Shown: positions 44,539 through 55,278, counted from the first letter of the stretch. The stretch is 56,461 nucleotides of DNA from an uncultured Gammaproteobacteria bacterium (GCA_964342675.1 CAYFFR010000004.1:1-56461); one strand, 5' to 3'. Notes: generated by a model not told the origin, from the letters alone. A program made the numbers and translations.

Positions 44539-45452
44539 TTTTCATGGATAATCTTTTTTGCATCTTTTTCATCAAGTTTCTTTGTTATATCTTGCATTTG
44601 TGAAGAAACATTATCTTCTTCAATTATCATAGCTTCCTCTATCATTTTTGATCCAGACTGATTCATAGCTCTAATCAGTAACTCATATTCATTCTTTTGT
44701 TTGTGTTGACAAATAACGGCAATAGCTGAATTACAATCCCCGTCTAGATGTTTAACAATAGCTCTTTCAACATCTGCAATAAATTTCGTTCTTCGGTGAT
44801 TAATAGCAGCACTAACTTCCTTCAAATCATTTGTTATATTCTTTTTGTACATTTCGATTCCTATGATGCCTTGGTTGGCTGCTGGCAACATAATGCTATA
44901 GTCAAGTTTCTGAATATAATTTAGTTTGATTTTTAATCTTTGCAATGCAGCTGTTGCGACTATCAGCCCGTCTAATTTATTTTTTTTAAAAATATCGATT
45001 CTAGTTTCTATGTTTCCTCGAATCGGAACAATTTTAAAAGTGTTATTAAAGGCTAATAATTGCGCTGACCTTCTGGGTCCAGATGTTGCTATGATCGAAC
45101 CATCCGCAAGATCTTTAATATTATTTTTTTCTTTAAGTAAGATCGAATCCGATGGATCACCGCGTTTCATGCATCCTACAATCTCAAACTTATTTTCTAA
45201 TTGGGCCGGCACATCTTTTAAGCTATGAATTGCAAAATCAGCGGAACCTTTTCTTAATGCCTCTTCAAGATTAGAAACAAATAAACCCTTGCCGCCAACT
45301 AAGTGAAGAGGGGCACTTATCTTATCTCCTTCTGAAGTTATAGGGATGATATTAGGATTTACATTTGGGAATTTATTTTTAATCTTTTCAGCCACTATAT
45401 TAGATTGAACTAAAGCTAGCGGCGACTTTCTAGTAATTAAATTTATTTCCAT
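44535..45452 (-). CDS. hemC: Hydroxymethylbilane synthase
   Basis: TRKSPLALVQ, GKGLF, HSLKDVP, RGNIETR, LDGDC. Confidence 0.95.
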   Translation of the reverse strand: MEINLITRKSPLALVQSNIVAEKIKNKFPNVNPNIIPITSEGDKISAPLHLVGGKGLFVSNLEEALRKGSADFAIHSLKDVPAQLENKFEIVGCMKRGDPSDSILLKEKNNIKDLADGSIIATSGPRRSAQLLAFNNTFKIVPIRGNIETRIDIFKKNKLDGLIVATAALQRLKIKLNYIQKLDYSIMLPAANQGIIGIEMYKKNITNDLKEVSAAINHRRTKFIADVERAIVKHLDGDCNSAIAVICQHKQKNEYELLIRAMNQSGSKMIEEAMIIEEDNVSSQMQDITKKLDEKDAKKIIHEK

Positions 45453-46000
45453 GACAATAAAGAACCTCGCACCTCACCTATAATTTTTTCCTTATGCAAA
45501 CTCATTCTCTCTGGAATCATAATATGATTTCTTTTAGGTTGTTCTAAATAAATTAACCCATTTTTATTAAGCAATTCTTTTGAAATGATTAAATCTAAAA
45601 TCTTTGGAAGTTGTTTATATTCAAAAGGAGGATCTAAAAAGATTAAATCAAACGTTATGGTGTTATTCTTTAACCACTCTATTGCGTCTTTACATAGTAC
45701 TTGTGATATTTCTTGTGCCTCTAACTGATAAATATTATTTTCTATGAACTTAACCCTTTGTCTTATTTTCTCAATAGATATTAGATGGCTTGCCCCTAAT
45801 GAAAGACATTCCAGCCCCAGACTTCCTGTTCCGGCAAATAAGTCCAGGCAACAGGAGTTATTAATTTTAAATTGCAACCAATCGAATAAGATCTTTTTTA
45901 ATCGATCGCTTGTTGGTCTCAACGAATCAGAATATTCAAAATTAATTTTATAACCCTTGTTAATGCCACTAATAATTCTTATGCTTGGTTTTCTTTTCAA
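45443..46000 (-). CDS. rsmD: 16S rRNA (guanine966-N2)-methyltransferase
   Basis: IRIISG, LRPTSDR, LDLFAGTGSLGLE, FLDPPF; TTG start. Confidence 0.93.
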   Translation of the reverse strand: MKRKPSIRIISGINKGYKINFEYSDSLRPTSDRLKKILFDWLQFKINNSCCLDLFAGTGSLGLECLSLGASHLISIEKIRQRVKFIENNIYQLEAQEISQVLCKDAIEWLKNNTITFDLIFLDPPFEYKQLPKILDLIISKELLNKNGLIYLEQPKRNHIMIPERMSLHKEKIIGEVRGSLLSWK

Positions 46001-46024
46001 AGTATATTTATAATAATTCTTAAC

Positions 46025-46489
46025 ATGCCAAAGGAACAGTTTCTTAAATCTATGAGGTATCTTGCTGCTTCAGTTAGTATTATCTCAGCAAAAGACTCAA
46101 ACTCTAAGTGTTTTGCAATGACAGCGTCCTCAGTCACTTCTTTAACTCTAGACCCACCATCAATTTTAGTATGTGTTAACCACGAGGCATCTATTTATGA
46201 AGTATTAAATAACAAGGAACAAAATTTCTGTATTAATCTTTTACAAAAAGACCAACAAGATATTGCAACTCAATGCAGTATCAAAGGCCAAGAAGAGGAA
46301 AGATTTGCTGATAGCCATTGGGATGTTGATTCCATCCCATATCTTCAAAACTCTCAAGCTAATATATTTTGTAGCGTTGATAAGGTGATACCTTATCAAA
46401 CTCATAGCATCGTTGTCGGCAAAGTTAAAGAATGTATAAATAATCATGCTTTCAATACTCTCATGTACGCAGAAGGAGAATATTTATGA
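46025..46489 (+). CDS. Flavin reductase-like protein (HpaC/RutF family)
   Basis: AMTASSVTSLTLDPPSILVCVN, THSIVVG, LMY. Confidence 0.9.
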   Translation: MPKEQFLKSMRYLAASVSIISAKDSNSKCFAMTASSVTSLTLDPPSILVCVNHEASIYEVLNNKEQNFCINLLQKDQQDIATQCSIKGQEEERFADSHWDVDSIPYLQNSQANIFCSVDKVIPYQTHSIVVGKVKECINNHAFNTLMYAEGEYL

Positions 46490-46899
46490 TTCTTAAGAAT
46501 AGAGCCTTTTTACTTATCCCGCTTCTATTGTTAATGTTTTCTCCAAAAAACTTTTCTGATGAGCATCCCGAGTTATATTTTGTGAATATACAAGACGGTC
46601 AACATTTTAATAATCCTATCAAGATCATTTTTGGTTTAAAGAACTATGGTGTTGCACCTGCTGGGATAAAAGTAGATTTTGCAGGACATCATCACCTTCT
46701 AATTGATAAAGATTTAGAAGACTATGCCCAGCCTATACCAGCAGATAATAACCATATTCATTTTGGTAAAGGTCAGACTGAAACTACTATTGTGCTATCA
46801 CCAGGCTCACACACCCTCCAACTCATCATGGGTAATTATGTTCATATCCCACATAACCCTGTAATTCAATCTGAGAAGATTACAGTGATTGTTAAATAG
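46486..46899 (+). CDS. Secreted DUF4399-like His-rich protein
   Basis: Signal peptide, GVAPAG, GHHHLLID, HIHFGKGQTE, PGSHTLQL, HIPH. Confidence 0.8.
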   Translation: MILKNRAFLLIPLLLLMFSPKNFSDEHPELYFVNIQDGQHFNNPIKIIFGLKNYGVAPAGIKVDFAGHHHLLIDKDLEDYAQPIPADNNHIHFGKGQTETTIVLSPGSHTLQLIMGNYVHIPHNPVIQSEKITVIVK

Positions 46900-46911
46900 T
46901 TTGGGATCTCA

Positions 46912-46964
46912 ATGTTGACACTGTAAACATAATTCATATATGATATGTTGACACCGTCAACATA
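46912..46964 (+). promoter_or_regulatory. Sigma70 promoter with two TetR operators
   Basis: ATGTTGAC-ACT-GTAAACAT (46912-46930) and perfect TATGTTGAC-ACC-GTCAACATA (46944-46964); -35 TTGACA at 46915-46920 and -10 TATGAT at 46939-46944. Confidence 0.85.
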
Positions 46965-46967
46965 ATA

Positions 46968-47573
46968 ATGAAATATCATCATGGGGATTTAAGGGAGGCA
47001 CTCATCTTGAGCGCTTGCATGGTTTGTGAAGAGCTAGGTTTTGAAAAAATCAGCCTAAGATCTATAGCAAAAGGCGCAAATGTTTCACAAACCGCACCCT
47101 ATCGACACTTTAAAACAAAGAAGGAACTTCTTGCTGAAGTTGCAAGGTGTGGTTTTGATGAACTGCGAACTAAATTATTGCAGTCTCTAGAAGTCAATAA
47201 GTCAACCAATCCAAAAGAACAGTTCATTAATTTAGGTGTTGCATATTTAGAATTTGGAATGAATAAACGTAATACCTATGATCTAATGATGCACCATCAG
47301 GGATTTCTGAATTTTGGTGATTTTCCATCGCTTGAAAAAAGCGGTGAAGAAACATTTAACATTCTGATTGAAACAATGTTAAAGATCATGCCTAATTTAT
47401 CTGAAGAAGAATTGTATGTTCAATGCATTAAGCACTGGTCGATGATTCACGGATTGATTGGTGTAATAGATAATCTTGCTGCTGATAATAACTCTGCAAC
47501 TAACGCAGCAACAGCTATTAAATATGTAAAGGATGATATTAAGAGTTTTCTCCGCAAAGCTATAGATTTTTAA
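46968..47573 (+). CDS. TetR/AcrR-family regulator (WHG-type C-terminus)
   Basis: YHHGDLREALI, SLRSIAK..NVSQTAPYRHF, WSMIHG. Confidence 0.93.
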   Translation: MKYHHGDLREALILSACMVCEELGFEKISLRSIAKGANVSQTAPYRHFKTKKELLAEVARCGFDELRTKLLQSLEVNKSTNPKEQFINLGVAYLEFGMNKRNTYDLMMHHQGFLNFGDFPSLEKSGEETFNILIETMLKIMPNLSEEELYVQCIKHWSMIHGLIGVIDNLAADNNSATNAATAIKYVKDDIKSFLRKAIDF

Positions 47574-47574
47574 A

Positions 47575-48576
47575 ATGAAGTTAAATACTAATAAGTTGAT
47601 ATTGGTTACTATATTTTTTGCATCAACTTTATTTGGAGCCAATACATCCTTAGAGATTACTACACTCGAAATGCAGTCTTCTTATAATGCTACCCAAAGA
47701 TTGCCTGGAAAAATCTTACCCCTTCATTCTTCAAAATTAGCATTTGAAATACCTGGGAAAATATCTGAAGTTAAAGTGGATATTGGTGATCAGGTTATAA
47801 AAGATCAAATTCTTGCTGTTTTAGATCCTTCTGAAATGCAAGCTAATTTAAATCAAGCACTAGCAAGGTTTAATTTAGCTTCTCAAGCTTTAGTTAGATT
47901 CGAAGATCTAAAAGCGAAAGGCTTTATTTCGAATCAAGAACTAGATAGAGCAAATTCGGAATACCTTATTGCAAAGGCACAAGTTGATCTTTACACAGTA
48001 AAGTTAGAGCAAACAAAAATACGTGCACCTTTTACAGGCTTTATTCAAAATCGATTTCTAGATGCAGGTGTCGTAGTCAGCCCAGGAATTCCTATTTTAG
48101 AAATTATTGATTCAACTAGCGTTGAAGCTCATGTCTCTGTACCCGCCAATACAATAGAACATTTGACTATTGGAGACTCATACTCATTTTTTATTAATAA
48201 CAAACAATACCTTGCATCGCTCAAACGATTTGCAGTGATGAGTGCCCAAGGATCAGATAATAGGCTATGCATTTTTGAATTTAATACTTTCATTAACCCA
48301 GGATCTATCTCATATCTTGAATTAAAACAAAGAATTAATATGCGAGGTGCATGGGTTCCTTTTACTGCATTATCACAAGGATCTCAGGGCTTATGGAATT
48401 TATATACACTACATAAAGACCAAAACAATAACTATCAAATTTCAAAAGAAATTGTTGAGCTAATCCATGCTGAAAAAGATATAGCATTTGTGAATGGTAC
48501 GATTGAGAGTGGTGACCTGGTTGTAACCGGTGGCGCTGCTATGGTTATAGACAATGAAGTTTTAAAGGTTAACTAG
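47575..48576 (+). CDS. RND efflux periplasmic adaptor subunit
   Basis: LAFEIPGKI..V.VDIGD.V lipoyl half-motif, helical hairpin, IRAPFTG. Confidence 0.92.
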   Translation: MKLNTNKLILVTIFFASTLFGANTSLEITTLEMQSSYNATQRLPGKILPLHSSKLAFEIPGKISEVKVDIGDQVIKDQILAVLDPSEMQANLNQALARFNLASQALVRFEDLKAKGFISNQELDRANSEYLIAKAQVDLYTVKLEQTKIRAPFTGFIQNRFLDAGVVVSPGIPILEIIDSTSVEAHVSVPANTIEHLTIGDSYSFFINNKQYLASLKRFAVMSAQGSDNRLCIFEFNTFINPGSISYLELKQRINMRGAWVPFTALSQGSQGLWNLYTLHKDQNNNYQISKEIVELIHAEKDIAFVNGTIESGDLVVTGGAAMVIDNEVLKVN

Positions 48577-48580
48577 TTTT

Positions 48581-51500
48581 ATGTGGCTATTAAAAATCTT
48601 TTTTAATAGAGGAAGGGTATTTGCTTTACTCTTATTGTTTATATTTTTATCAGGTATTTTTGCTCTTGGCACTGTATCAAGACAAGAGAATCCAGAGTTA
48701 GCTGAAAGATGGGCTAGCATTAGAGTGATTTATCCTGGTGCGTCACCGGCACGTATGGAAACTCAAGTCCTAGAGCCATTGGAAGCGAAGATCAGAGAAG
48801 TTTATGAAATAGATGAAATTCAATCATTTGCTTCTCAAGGGTTTAGTTCAACACTCATGGAGATCAAATCTGAGGTTCCTCCACACTTGATAGAGCAGGT
48901 ATGGTCTCAAGTTCAAGATAAATTAGATGCATCAGTTTTTGTTTTACCTCCTGGGATTGAACCACAATTAAATAGAGACAGCGGACCTCCCACAACACTC
49001 ATGTATGCATTGACCTGGAATGGTGAGGGAGAGACACCTTTAATTATCTTATCGAGACTTGCTGAAGATCTCAGACAAACATTGGCATATGTAGATGGAT
49101 CAGACCGGAGTTATGTCTTTGGCGCTGCAGAAGAAGAAGTGTTAGTAGAAATAGATAATGCCAAACTATCTGCACTTAATTTAAGTTTTCAAGAGGTAAC
49201 AAAAGTCTTATCTGGTTTAGATAATAAGAAACCTATTGGACAAATCACTCAAGGAGGAAGGGAGGTCTTAATTAAGTCCAAGGACAACCTCACTACGGTT
49301 TCTCAGGTTGCTGACTTACCTATCAAAACAATTAATGATTTTGAAATTATTAGACTAAGGGACATAGCAACTATTAATAAGACACCTCGGGACCCACCAG
49401 AAGAACTAACGTTATTTAATGGACAAAGAGCAGTACTAGTTGATTTAAGGGGTATTTTTGGTCAGAGAGTTGATCTATATGCAGAAGAAGTTTCAAATTT
49501 AGTAAAAGAATTTAAATTACAACTACCACCAGAAATAGAGATTAATCCAATTTATGACGAGTCATTTTATTATAAAGAAAAATTTAACAACCTATATTTT
49601 AGTATTATCTTTGCGGTTTTTATTGTTATTGGGATCAGTTATTTTTTACTCGGATTTAGATCAGCTGTCATTGTTGGATCAGTAATTCCTTTAACTATTT
49701 TCTTAGTGTTATTTGGTTGCAAGTTGTTGGACTTGCCTCTGCATCAAACATCAATGACAGGAATTATTATTGCTCTTGGATTATTGATTGATAATTCAAT
49801 AATTGCTGTTGAGGATTACAGATACAGAAAAGGCCTTGGTTATTCTAACCAAGAAGCTTCGTACAGAAGTTTTAAGCATCTTTGGATTCCACTTTCTGCT
49901 GCAACTGCAACGACTGCCTTAGCATTCTTTCCTATTGCTTCTGGTCAGGGATCAAGCTCAGAATTTGTTGGCGGAATGGCTAAAACTGTTATTTTATCGA
50001 TTACCTCATCCTTGTTCCTGGCTTTGTATGTTGTCCCAGTTCTTTTAAATTACATGGAAAAAATAAAATTTTTTAATAAAGATATTTTTGCTGGTTATGG
50101 CTATTCAAATGAAAAACTTTTAGCTCGATACAAAGCATTACTAATGTGGTCTTATCAAGCCCCAAGAAGAGGTATTATGATAGCTATGGCTTTACCAGCA
50201 TTGGGTTTTGCAATGTTTCCATTTTTAAAAGCTGACTTTTTTCCTGAATTAGATAGGAATATGTTTAAGGTTCTAATTGAATTACCACCAAACGCCTCTC
50301 TAAGCACAACAGAAGCAAGAGTGCATGAGTTAAGAGATTCCATTAATTCGAGTGGTATTGTCAAAAGTGATTTCTGGTTTGTAGGTAGAACTCTACCGCA
50401 TGTACTTTATAACGTAATCGGAACAGATTCAGGGCTAGGTTTTAATAATATTGCCCAAGGTGTTTATATAGGCAGTTCATATTATGAAATTAAAAATACT
50501 CTCCCCTCACTTGCTAGACAGATTACTAGAGATAACCCTGATTTAAAAATTATTATCGACAAGTTTGCATCTGGCCCACCAGTTGATGCTGCAATTGAGT
50601 ATAGTATTGATGGACCAGACATTGAAATTCTAAGAGCTTTAGGAAAGAAATTAGAATTAATTATTAGAGGTGCCCCAGATGTATTTTTAACCAATAGCGA
50701 CCTTTCTAATCCAGCAACTAATATCGAGTTTAAATTCAATGAATCCAATTTAGCTCTCAACTCAGTACCTGGAGAATTTTTTATCAATGAATTGGCTATT
50801 GCCAGTGAGGGCATTGTGATTGGGAAGATGATGGATGGCAATAAAGAAGTCCCAATTAAAATAAGAGGTTTGTCAGAAGATTTAATTGAATCAACACAAT
50901 TTTTATCTATTCCTGCAAGAGATGCTTTTGAATATTCATCTAGCTATGGAGATTTTGAAGTTACTGCTCAATCAGATGTAGTATCTAGAGATGCTGGTAA
51001 AAGACAGAACAATGTCAAGGCTTGGATTTGGAGCGGCTTATTGGCTTCAGATACAGAAAAATACTTAAAAGATAAAATTATACTATTTGAAAACCAACTA
51101 CCTCCAGGCTATATCTTGGAAACTGGTGGCGAAGCTGAAGCAAGAGCTCAATCTCAATCTCAGCTATTTAGCTCAGCTATTTTATTCTTCATTCTTATTC
51201 TCATTGCTTTAGTTTCGGCGCTTAATTCTTTTAGGCAAGCTGGTTTAATTCTAAGTGTTGCCATTTGGTGTACAGGCTTAGCATTTATGGGCCTTACCAT
51301 TGGACAGGCAAACTTTGGGTTTATTGGGATAGTTGGTGCAATCGGTTTAGCTGGCTTATCTATCAATGATTCGATTGTGGTCTTATCTCATATTAAAGAA
51401 GCTAATGCTGATAAACCACTGGACATAGAAGGGTTGGTAGAGGTGGTTATAAGATCTACCCGCCATGTTATCACTACATCAGCAACTACCGTTGGAGGTT

Positions 51501-51631
51501 TTCTCCCACTCCTGATAACTAGCATATTTTTTAAACCATTAGCTTGGGCAATGGCGGGTGGTGTAATAGGCTCAGCAATTATTGCTCTTTTCTACATACC
51601 GTCCTTTTATGCTTTTTCTAAGAAATTATGA
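48581..51631 (+). CDS. RND efflux permease
   Basis: 1016 aa, YPGASP, ALGLLIDNSII, two repeats of a periplasmic domain plus TM bundle. Confidence 0.93.
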   Translation: MWLLKIFFNRGRVFALLLLFIFLSGIFALGTVSRQENPELAERWASIRVIYPGASPARMETQVLEPLEAKIREVYEIDEIQSFASQGFSSTLMEIKSEVPPHLIEQVWSQVQDKLDASVFVLPPGIEPQLNRDSGPPTTLMYALTWNGEGETPLIILSRLAEDLRQTLAYVDGSDRSYVFGAAEEEVLVEIDNAKLSALNLSFQEVTKVLSGLDNKKPIGQITQGGREVLIKSKDNLTTVSQVADLPIKTINDFEIIRLRDIATINKTPRDPPEELTLFNGQRAVLVDLRGIFGQRVDLYAEEVSNLVKEFKLQLPPEIEINPIYDESFYYKEKFNNLYFSIIFAVFIVIGISYFLLGFRSAVIVGSVIPLTIFLVLFGCKLLDLPLHQTSMTGIIIALGLLIDNSIIAVEDYRYRKGLGYSNQEASYRSFKHLWIPLSAATATTALAFFPIASGQGSSSEFVGGMAKTVILSITSSLFLALYVVPVLLNYMEKIKFFNKDIFAGYGYSNEKLLARYKALLMWSYQAPRRGIMIAMALPALGFAMFPFLKADFFPELDRNMFKVLIELPPNASLSTTEARVHELRDSINSSGIVKSDFWFVGRTLPHVLYNVIGTDSGLGFNNIAQGVYIGSSYYEIKNTLPSLARQITRDNPDLKIIIDKFASGPPVDAAIEYSIDGPDIEILRALGKKLELIIRGAPDVFLTNSDLSNPATNIEFKFNESNLALNSVPGEFFINELAIASEGIVIGKMMDGNKEVPIKIRGLSEDLIESTQFLSIPARDAFEYSSSYGDFEVTAQSDVVSRDAGKRQNNVKAWIWSGLLASDTEKYLKDKIILFENQLPPGYILETGGEAEARAQSQSQLFSSAILFFILILIALVSALNSFRQAGLILSVAIWCTGLAFMGLTIGQANFGFIGIVGAIGLAGLSINDSIVVLSHIKEANADKPLDIEGLVEVVIRSTRHVITTSATTVGGFLPLLITSIFFKPLAWAMAGGVIGSAIIALFYIPSFYAFSKKL

Positions 51632-52441
51632 GGTCTCAGGTTTAGGAGCAGATCTTTTGAAAGGCGACTCATCAAGCTTGTTATCACGTTGAATATTACT
51701 TGATTTATTGATGACTATAATTTTCCGCACATCTTCTAATAAGTCTAAATATCCTAGCTCCTCATAACATGTTTCTAGAACTTTTAATGCTTTCATGTCT
51801 TCGCTTGAATTTGGAATATTCTCTAAAACATATTTTGCTCTTCTTAGCGCCGCTATATATGCACCTCTTTTAATATAATAATCTGCTGCGACCAATTCAT
51901 GTTTGGCTATTAGATTCCTTAAATATACTAGACGTTGATTGGCATACGGTGCGTATTGACTCTCAGGAAAACGCGTTAAAAATTCTGTTAATTCAGCAAA
52001 AGATTGCTTGGCACCTGATATATCCCTTTTTTCTAAATTACTATTAAATAGTCGTGCAAACAGAGTTTTATCTCTGGTATAACTTGCCAGGCCCCTCATG
52101 AAATATGCATAATCAATATTTGGATGTCTGGGGTGCAGTCTAATGAACTTTTCTGCTGCGGCATGGGATGCTTCATCTTCTCTATTCATATAATATGCAT
52201 AGATTAATTCTGATTGAGCTTGCTCAGCATACCTGCCGAAAGGATATCTATTCTCAATCATTTCAAGTGCTTCAATCGCAGAAAAAAAGTTGTTAGCCTT
52301 CATTCTACTTTGTGCAACGTTGTAATATATCTGTTCAGGTTGTTCTATTTCTTCACCATCAGAACTACAACTAGATATCACCAAGATAAATGACAGCACA
52401 AGGACGGTTGATAGTGTTATTTTACTTAGGCTAGTCTTCAT
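51626..52441 (-). CDS. bamD: Outer membrane assembly lipoprotein BamD
   Basis: Lipobox ISS-C, RYPFGRYAEQA, FIRLHPRHPNIDYA; divergent from rluD. Confidence 0.95.
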   Translation of the reverse strand: MKTSLSKITLSTVLVLSFILVISSCSSDGEEIEQPEQIYYNVAQSRMKANNFFSAIEALEMIENRYPFGRYAEQAQSELIYAYYMNREDEASHAAAEKFIRLHPRHPNIDYAYFMRGLASYTRDKTLFARLFNSNLEKRDISGAKQSFAELTEFLTRFPESQYAPYANQRLVYLRNLIAKHELVAADYYIKRGAYIAALRRAKYVLENIPNSSEDMKALKVLETCYEELGYLDLLEDVRKIIVINKSSNIQRDNKLDESPFKRSAPKPETS

Positions 52442-52530
52442 AAAGATTGTATATTTTACATTGTTTTACCCTAACCTCGGATAAACTATTCGAATATATT
52501 AGAAAAGATATTCATAGATAAGTTTAGAAA

Positions 52531-53463
52531 TTGGAAGAATTAGATTTTATTACTCCCCTGGAAGCTCATGGTCAGAGGATTGATTATGTGATTGCAAATT
52601 CCATTGGATCTAAATTATCAAGAACTCAAATAAAGAATCTAATTAATTCAGGAGATATTTTATTAAATAATGAAGCATGTCGACCTAAAGATAAATTAGT
52701 AACAGGTGATGAAGTAAAAATTTTCTTAAAAGAAAGAGAGGCTGTATCTTGGAAACCACAGAAATTAACCCTAGATATTGAGATTGAAGAAAAAGATTTT
52801 TTGATAGTTAACAAAAGACATGGAGTTGTTATGCATCCAGGTGCCGGATGTTTTGATGGTACTCTAGCCAATGCTTTGTTATATCACTATCCGGATCTTG
52901 AATATTTACCAAGATGTGGAATCGTTCATAGACTAGATAAAGATACTTCGGGTCTAGTTGTAGTAGCTAGAACTAATGAATTTCGTAATCATATAGTAAA
53001 TGAATTACTCGAGCGTAAAGTTAATAAATATTATCAGGCAATTATCAAAGGTCATGTTATAGGTACCTTGAGAATAGATGACCCAATAGCTCGAGATAAA
53101 AGAAACAGATTAAAAATGGCTATTTCTAGAGATGGTAGAGAAGCAATATCTATTATTTCTGAGAACAAAAGATATGGAGGTTACTCGCTGGTTGATATCA
53201 ATATTGAGACAGGCAGGACTCACCAAATCAGATTACATTTATCACACCATAAGCATCCAATTATTGGAGATAAGACGTATGGATCTGGGTCTCAATTATC
53301 CAAAGGTGTTTCTGAGAGAGTTATAAGGATTATAAACGCGTTTCCTAGGCAAGCTTTACATGCTAAGAAAATAGAATTCAGGCTATTAAATAAGCAAAAG
53401 AAATTTAAGTTAGAAGTTAATTTACCTAAAGATATGCAAGAGTTACTTAGCTTATTAAAATGA
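52531..53463 (+). CDS. rluD: 23S rRNA pseudouridine synthase D
   Basis: S4 domain, VMHPGAG, GIVHRLDKDTSG, ETGRTHQIR, RQALHA. Confidence 0.93.
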   Translation: MEELDFITPLEAHGQRIDYVIANSIGSKLSRTQIKNLINSGDILLNNEACRPKDKLVTGDEVKIFLKEREAVSWKPQKLTLDIEIEEKDFLIVNKRHGVVMHPGAGCFDGTLANALLYHYPDLEYLPRCGIVHRLDKDTSGLVVVARTNEFRNHIVNELLERKVNKYYQAIIKGHVIGTLRIDDPIARDKRNRLKMAISRDGREAISIISENKRYGGYSLVDINIETGRTHQIRLHLSHHKHPIIGDKTYGSGSQLSKGVSERVIRIINAFPRQALHAKKIEFRLLNKQKKFKLEVNLPKDMQELLSLLK

Positions 53464-53535
53464 CCTAAAAAGATCATAAAAACTTGTTTTTAAGCTTAAT
53501 TAAGGTATAAATCGACATCTTAAAGAATTAATGTT

Positions 53536-55278
53536 ATGAAAATGAAGTTATCAGGTGGAGATTTGCTGATGAGGGCCTTGAGGGAAGAGGGGGTCAAGCA
53601 CCTGTTTGGTTACCCTGGCGGTGCTTCATTGCATATTTATGATTCAGTCTTTAAGCAAAAATCAATTGAACATATATTGGTTAGGCATGAGCAAGGAGCA
53701 ACCCATGCAGCTGATGGTTATGCTAGATCAACTGGTAAGCCAGGAGTAGTTTTAGTAACATCAGGTCCTGGTGCGACTAATGCTATTACTGGTTTAGCTA
53801 CCGCATTTATGGACTCCACTCCTATCATAGTGATTTCCGGTCAGGTCCAAAGCCATTTAATTGGAACTGATTCATTCCAAGAAACAGATATGATAGGAAT
53901 CTCCAGACCTATCGTTAAACACAGTTACATTATAAAAAATACTAAGGATATTCCAAAAGTAGTACAAGAAGCATTTTATATTGCTACCTCGGGCAGACCT
54001 GGGCCTGTTGTAATAGATATTCCAAAGGATAAAACAGATCCTAAAAAGAAATTTGTTTATTCGAAACCAATATCTCCTTCTTTGAGATCCTATAAACCGA
54101 AAACTGTTCCACATCCAGGTCAAATAAAGAAAGCAGCTAAAGCAATTTTATCTTCAGAAAGACCTATAATTTATTCTGGTGGTGGTGTAATCAGTGGTAA
54201 TGCATCAAAAGAACTAATAAAGCTTAATAAGATACTTCAATTACCAGTTACCAATACTTTAATGGGTTTAGGCGCATACCCAGCAAAAGACAAGTTGTTT
54301 TTAGGTATGCTAGGAATGCACGGTACATATCAAGCAAATATGTCTATGCATAATGCAGATTTAATTCTTGCAGTTGGGGCTAGATTTGATGATAGGATCA
54401 CAAACACACCTGGTCTGTTCGCACCTAAAGCAAAGATCATACATATAGATGTTGATCCAGCTTCAATTTCAAAAATTATCAAGGCAGATATACCTATAGT
54501 AGGTCAAGTTAAAGATTCGCTTGATGCTTTAATTAAAGAAATTAACAGATCAAAGATTAAAATTGATTCTGATGCTATAGATGAGTGGGTGGAACAAATT
54601 GGGGCTTGGAAAGCGAAACATGGTCTGGATCATGAACTATATCTCAAGCAATTTAAAACAAAGATGCTTGCACCTCAAGTAGTTGTTCAAGAGTTGTATC
54701 ATGCAACAAAAGGCAATGCTTTTATAACATCCGACGTAGGACAACATCAGATGTTTGTTGCTCAATATTATCATTTTAATAAACCCAGAAGATGGATTAA
54801 TTCCGGTGGCTTAGGGACTATGGGTTTTGGACTTCCAGCTGCTATGGGTACTAAATTAGCCCATCCTAATAAAGAAGTTGTATGCGTTACTGGAGAAGGA
54901 AGTATTCAAATGTGTATCCAAGAACTATCAACATGCTTTCAATATGGCTTACCTATTAAAATTGTTAATATTAATAATCAAGCGCTAGGTATGGTTAAGC
55001 AATGGCAAGACATGAATTACGGTGGTCGACATTCGGCTAGCACGTATGAGAACTCCTTACCTGATTTTGCAAAGTTAGCTGAATCTTATGGACATATGGG
55101 TATAAATGTTAAAAAGGCTAGTGAGCTAAAGAATGCTTTCGATAAAGCGTTTAAGCTGAAGAATAAATTAGTATTTATAGATGTATTAGTGGATCCTGAA
55201 GAACATGTCTACCCAATGCTTGTAGCACCTAATGGTAGTATGAAAGATATGTGGTTAGAAAAAGATATTAAGACATGA
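53536..55278 (+). CDS. ilvI: Acetolactate synthase large subunit
   Basis: FGYPGG, VRHEQGA, TSGPGATN, SDVGQHQM, SGGLGTMGFG, GMVKQWQ. Confidence 0.95.
   Translation: MKMKLSGGDLLMRALREEGVKHLFGYPGGASLHIYDSVFKQKSIEHILVRHEQGATHAADGYARSTGKPGVVLVTSGPGATNAITGLATAFMDSTPIIVISGQVQSHLIGTDSFQETDMIGISRPIVKHSYIIKNTKDIPKVVQEAFYIATSGRPGPVVIDIPKDKTDPKKKFVYSKPISPSLRSYKPKTVPHPGQIKKAAKAILSSERPIIYSGGGVISGNASKELIKLNKILQLPVTNTLMGLGAYPAKDKLFLGMLGMHGTYQANMSMHNADLILAVGARFDDRITNTPGLFAPKAKIIHIDVDPASISKIIKADIPIVGQVKDSLDALIKEINRSKIKIDSDAIDEWVEQIGAWKAKHGLDHELYLKQFKTKMLAPQVVVQELYHATKGNAFITSDVGQHQMFVAQYYHFNKPRRWINSGGLGTMGFGLPAAMGTKLAHPNKEVVCVTGEGSIQMCIQELSTCFQYGLPIKIVNINNQALGMVKQWQDMNYGGRHSASTYENSLPDFAKLAESYGHMGINVKKASELKNAFDKAFKLKNKLVFIDVLVDPEEHVYPMLVAPNGSMKDMWLEKDIKT

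Noticed and set aside
50573-50581. GGCCCACCA matching the tRNA 3' end (possible attR)
   Set aside because: Only 9 bp, lies in frame inside the RND gene, no integrase present, and the intervening genes are core.
50155-51366. Antisense ORFs up to 119 aa inside the RND gene, and similar short ORFs within other core genes
   Set aside because: Fully nested on the opposite strand and explained by codon bias of the real gene.
53464-53535. Possible ilv attenuator or leader peptide
   Set aside because: 72-bp AT-rich spacer with no Ile/Leu/Val-rich leader or terminator; ilvIH-type operons often lack one.
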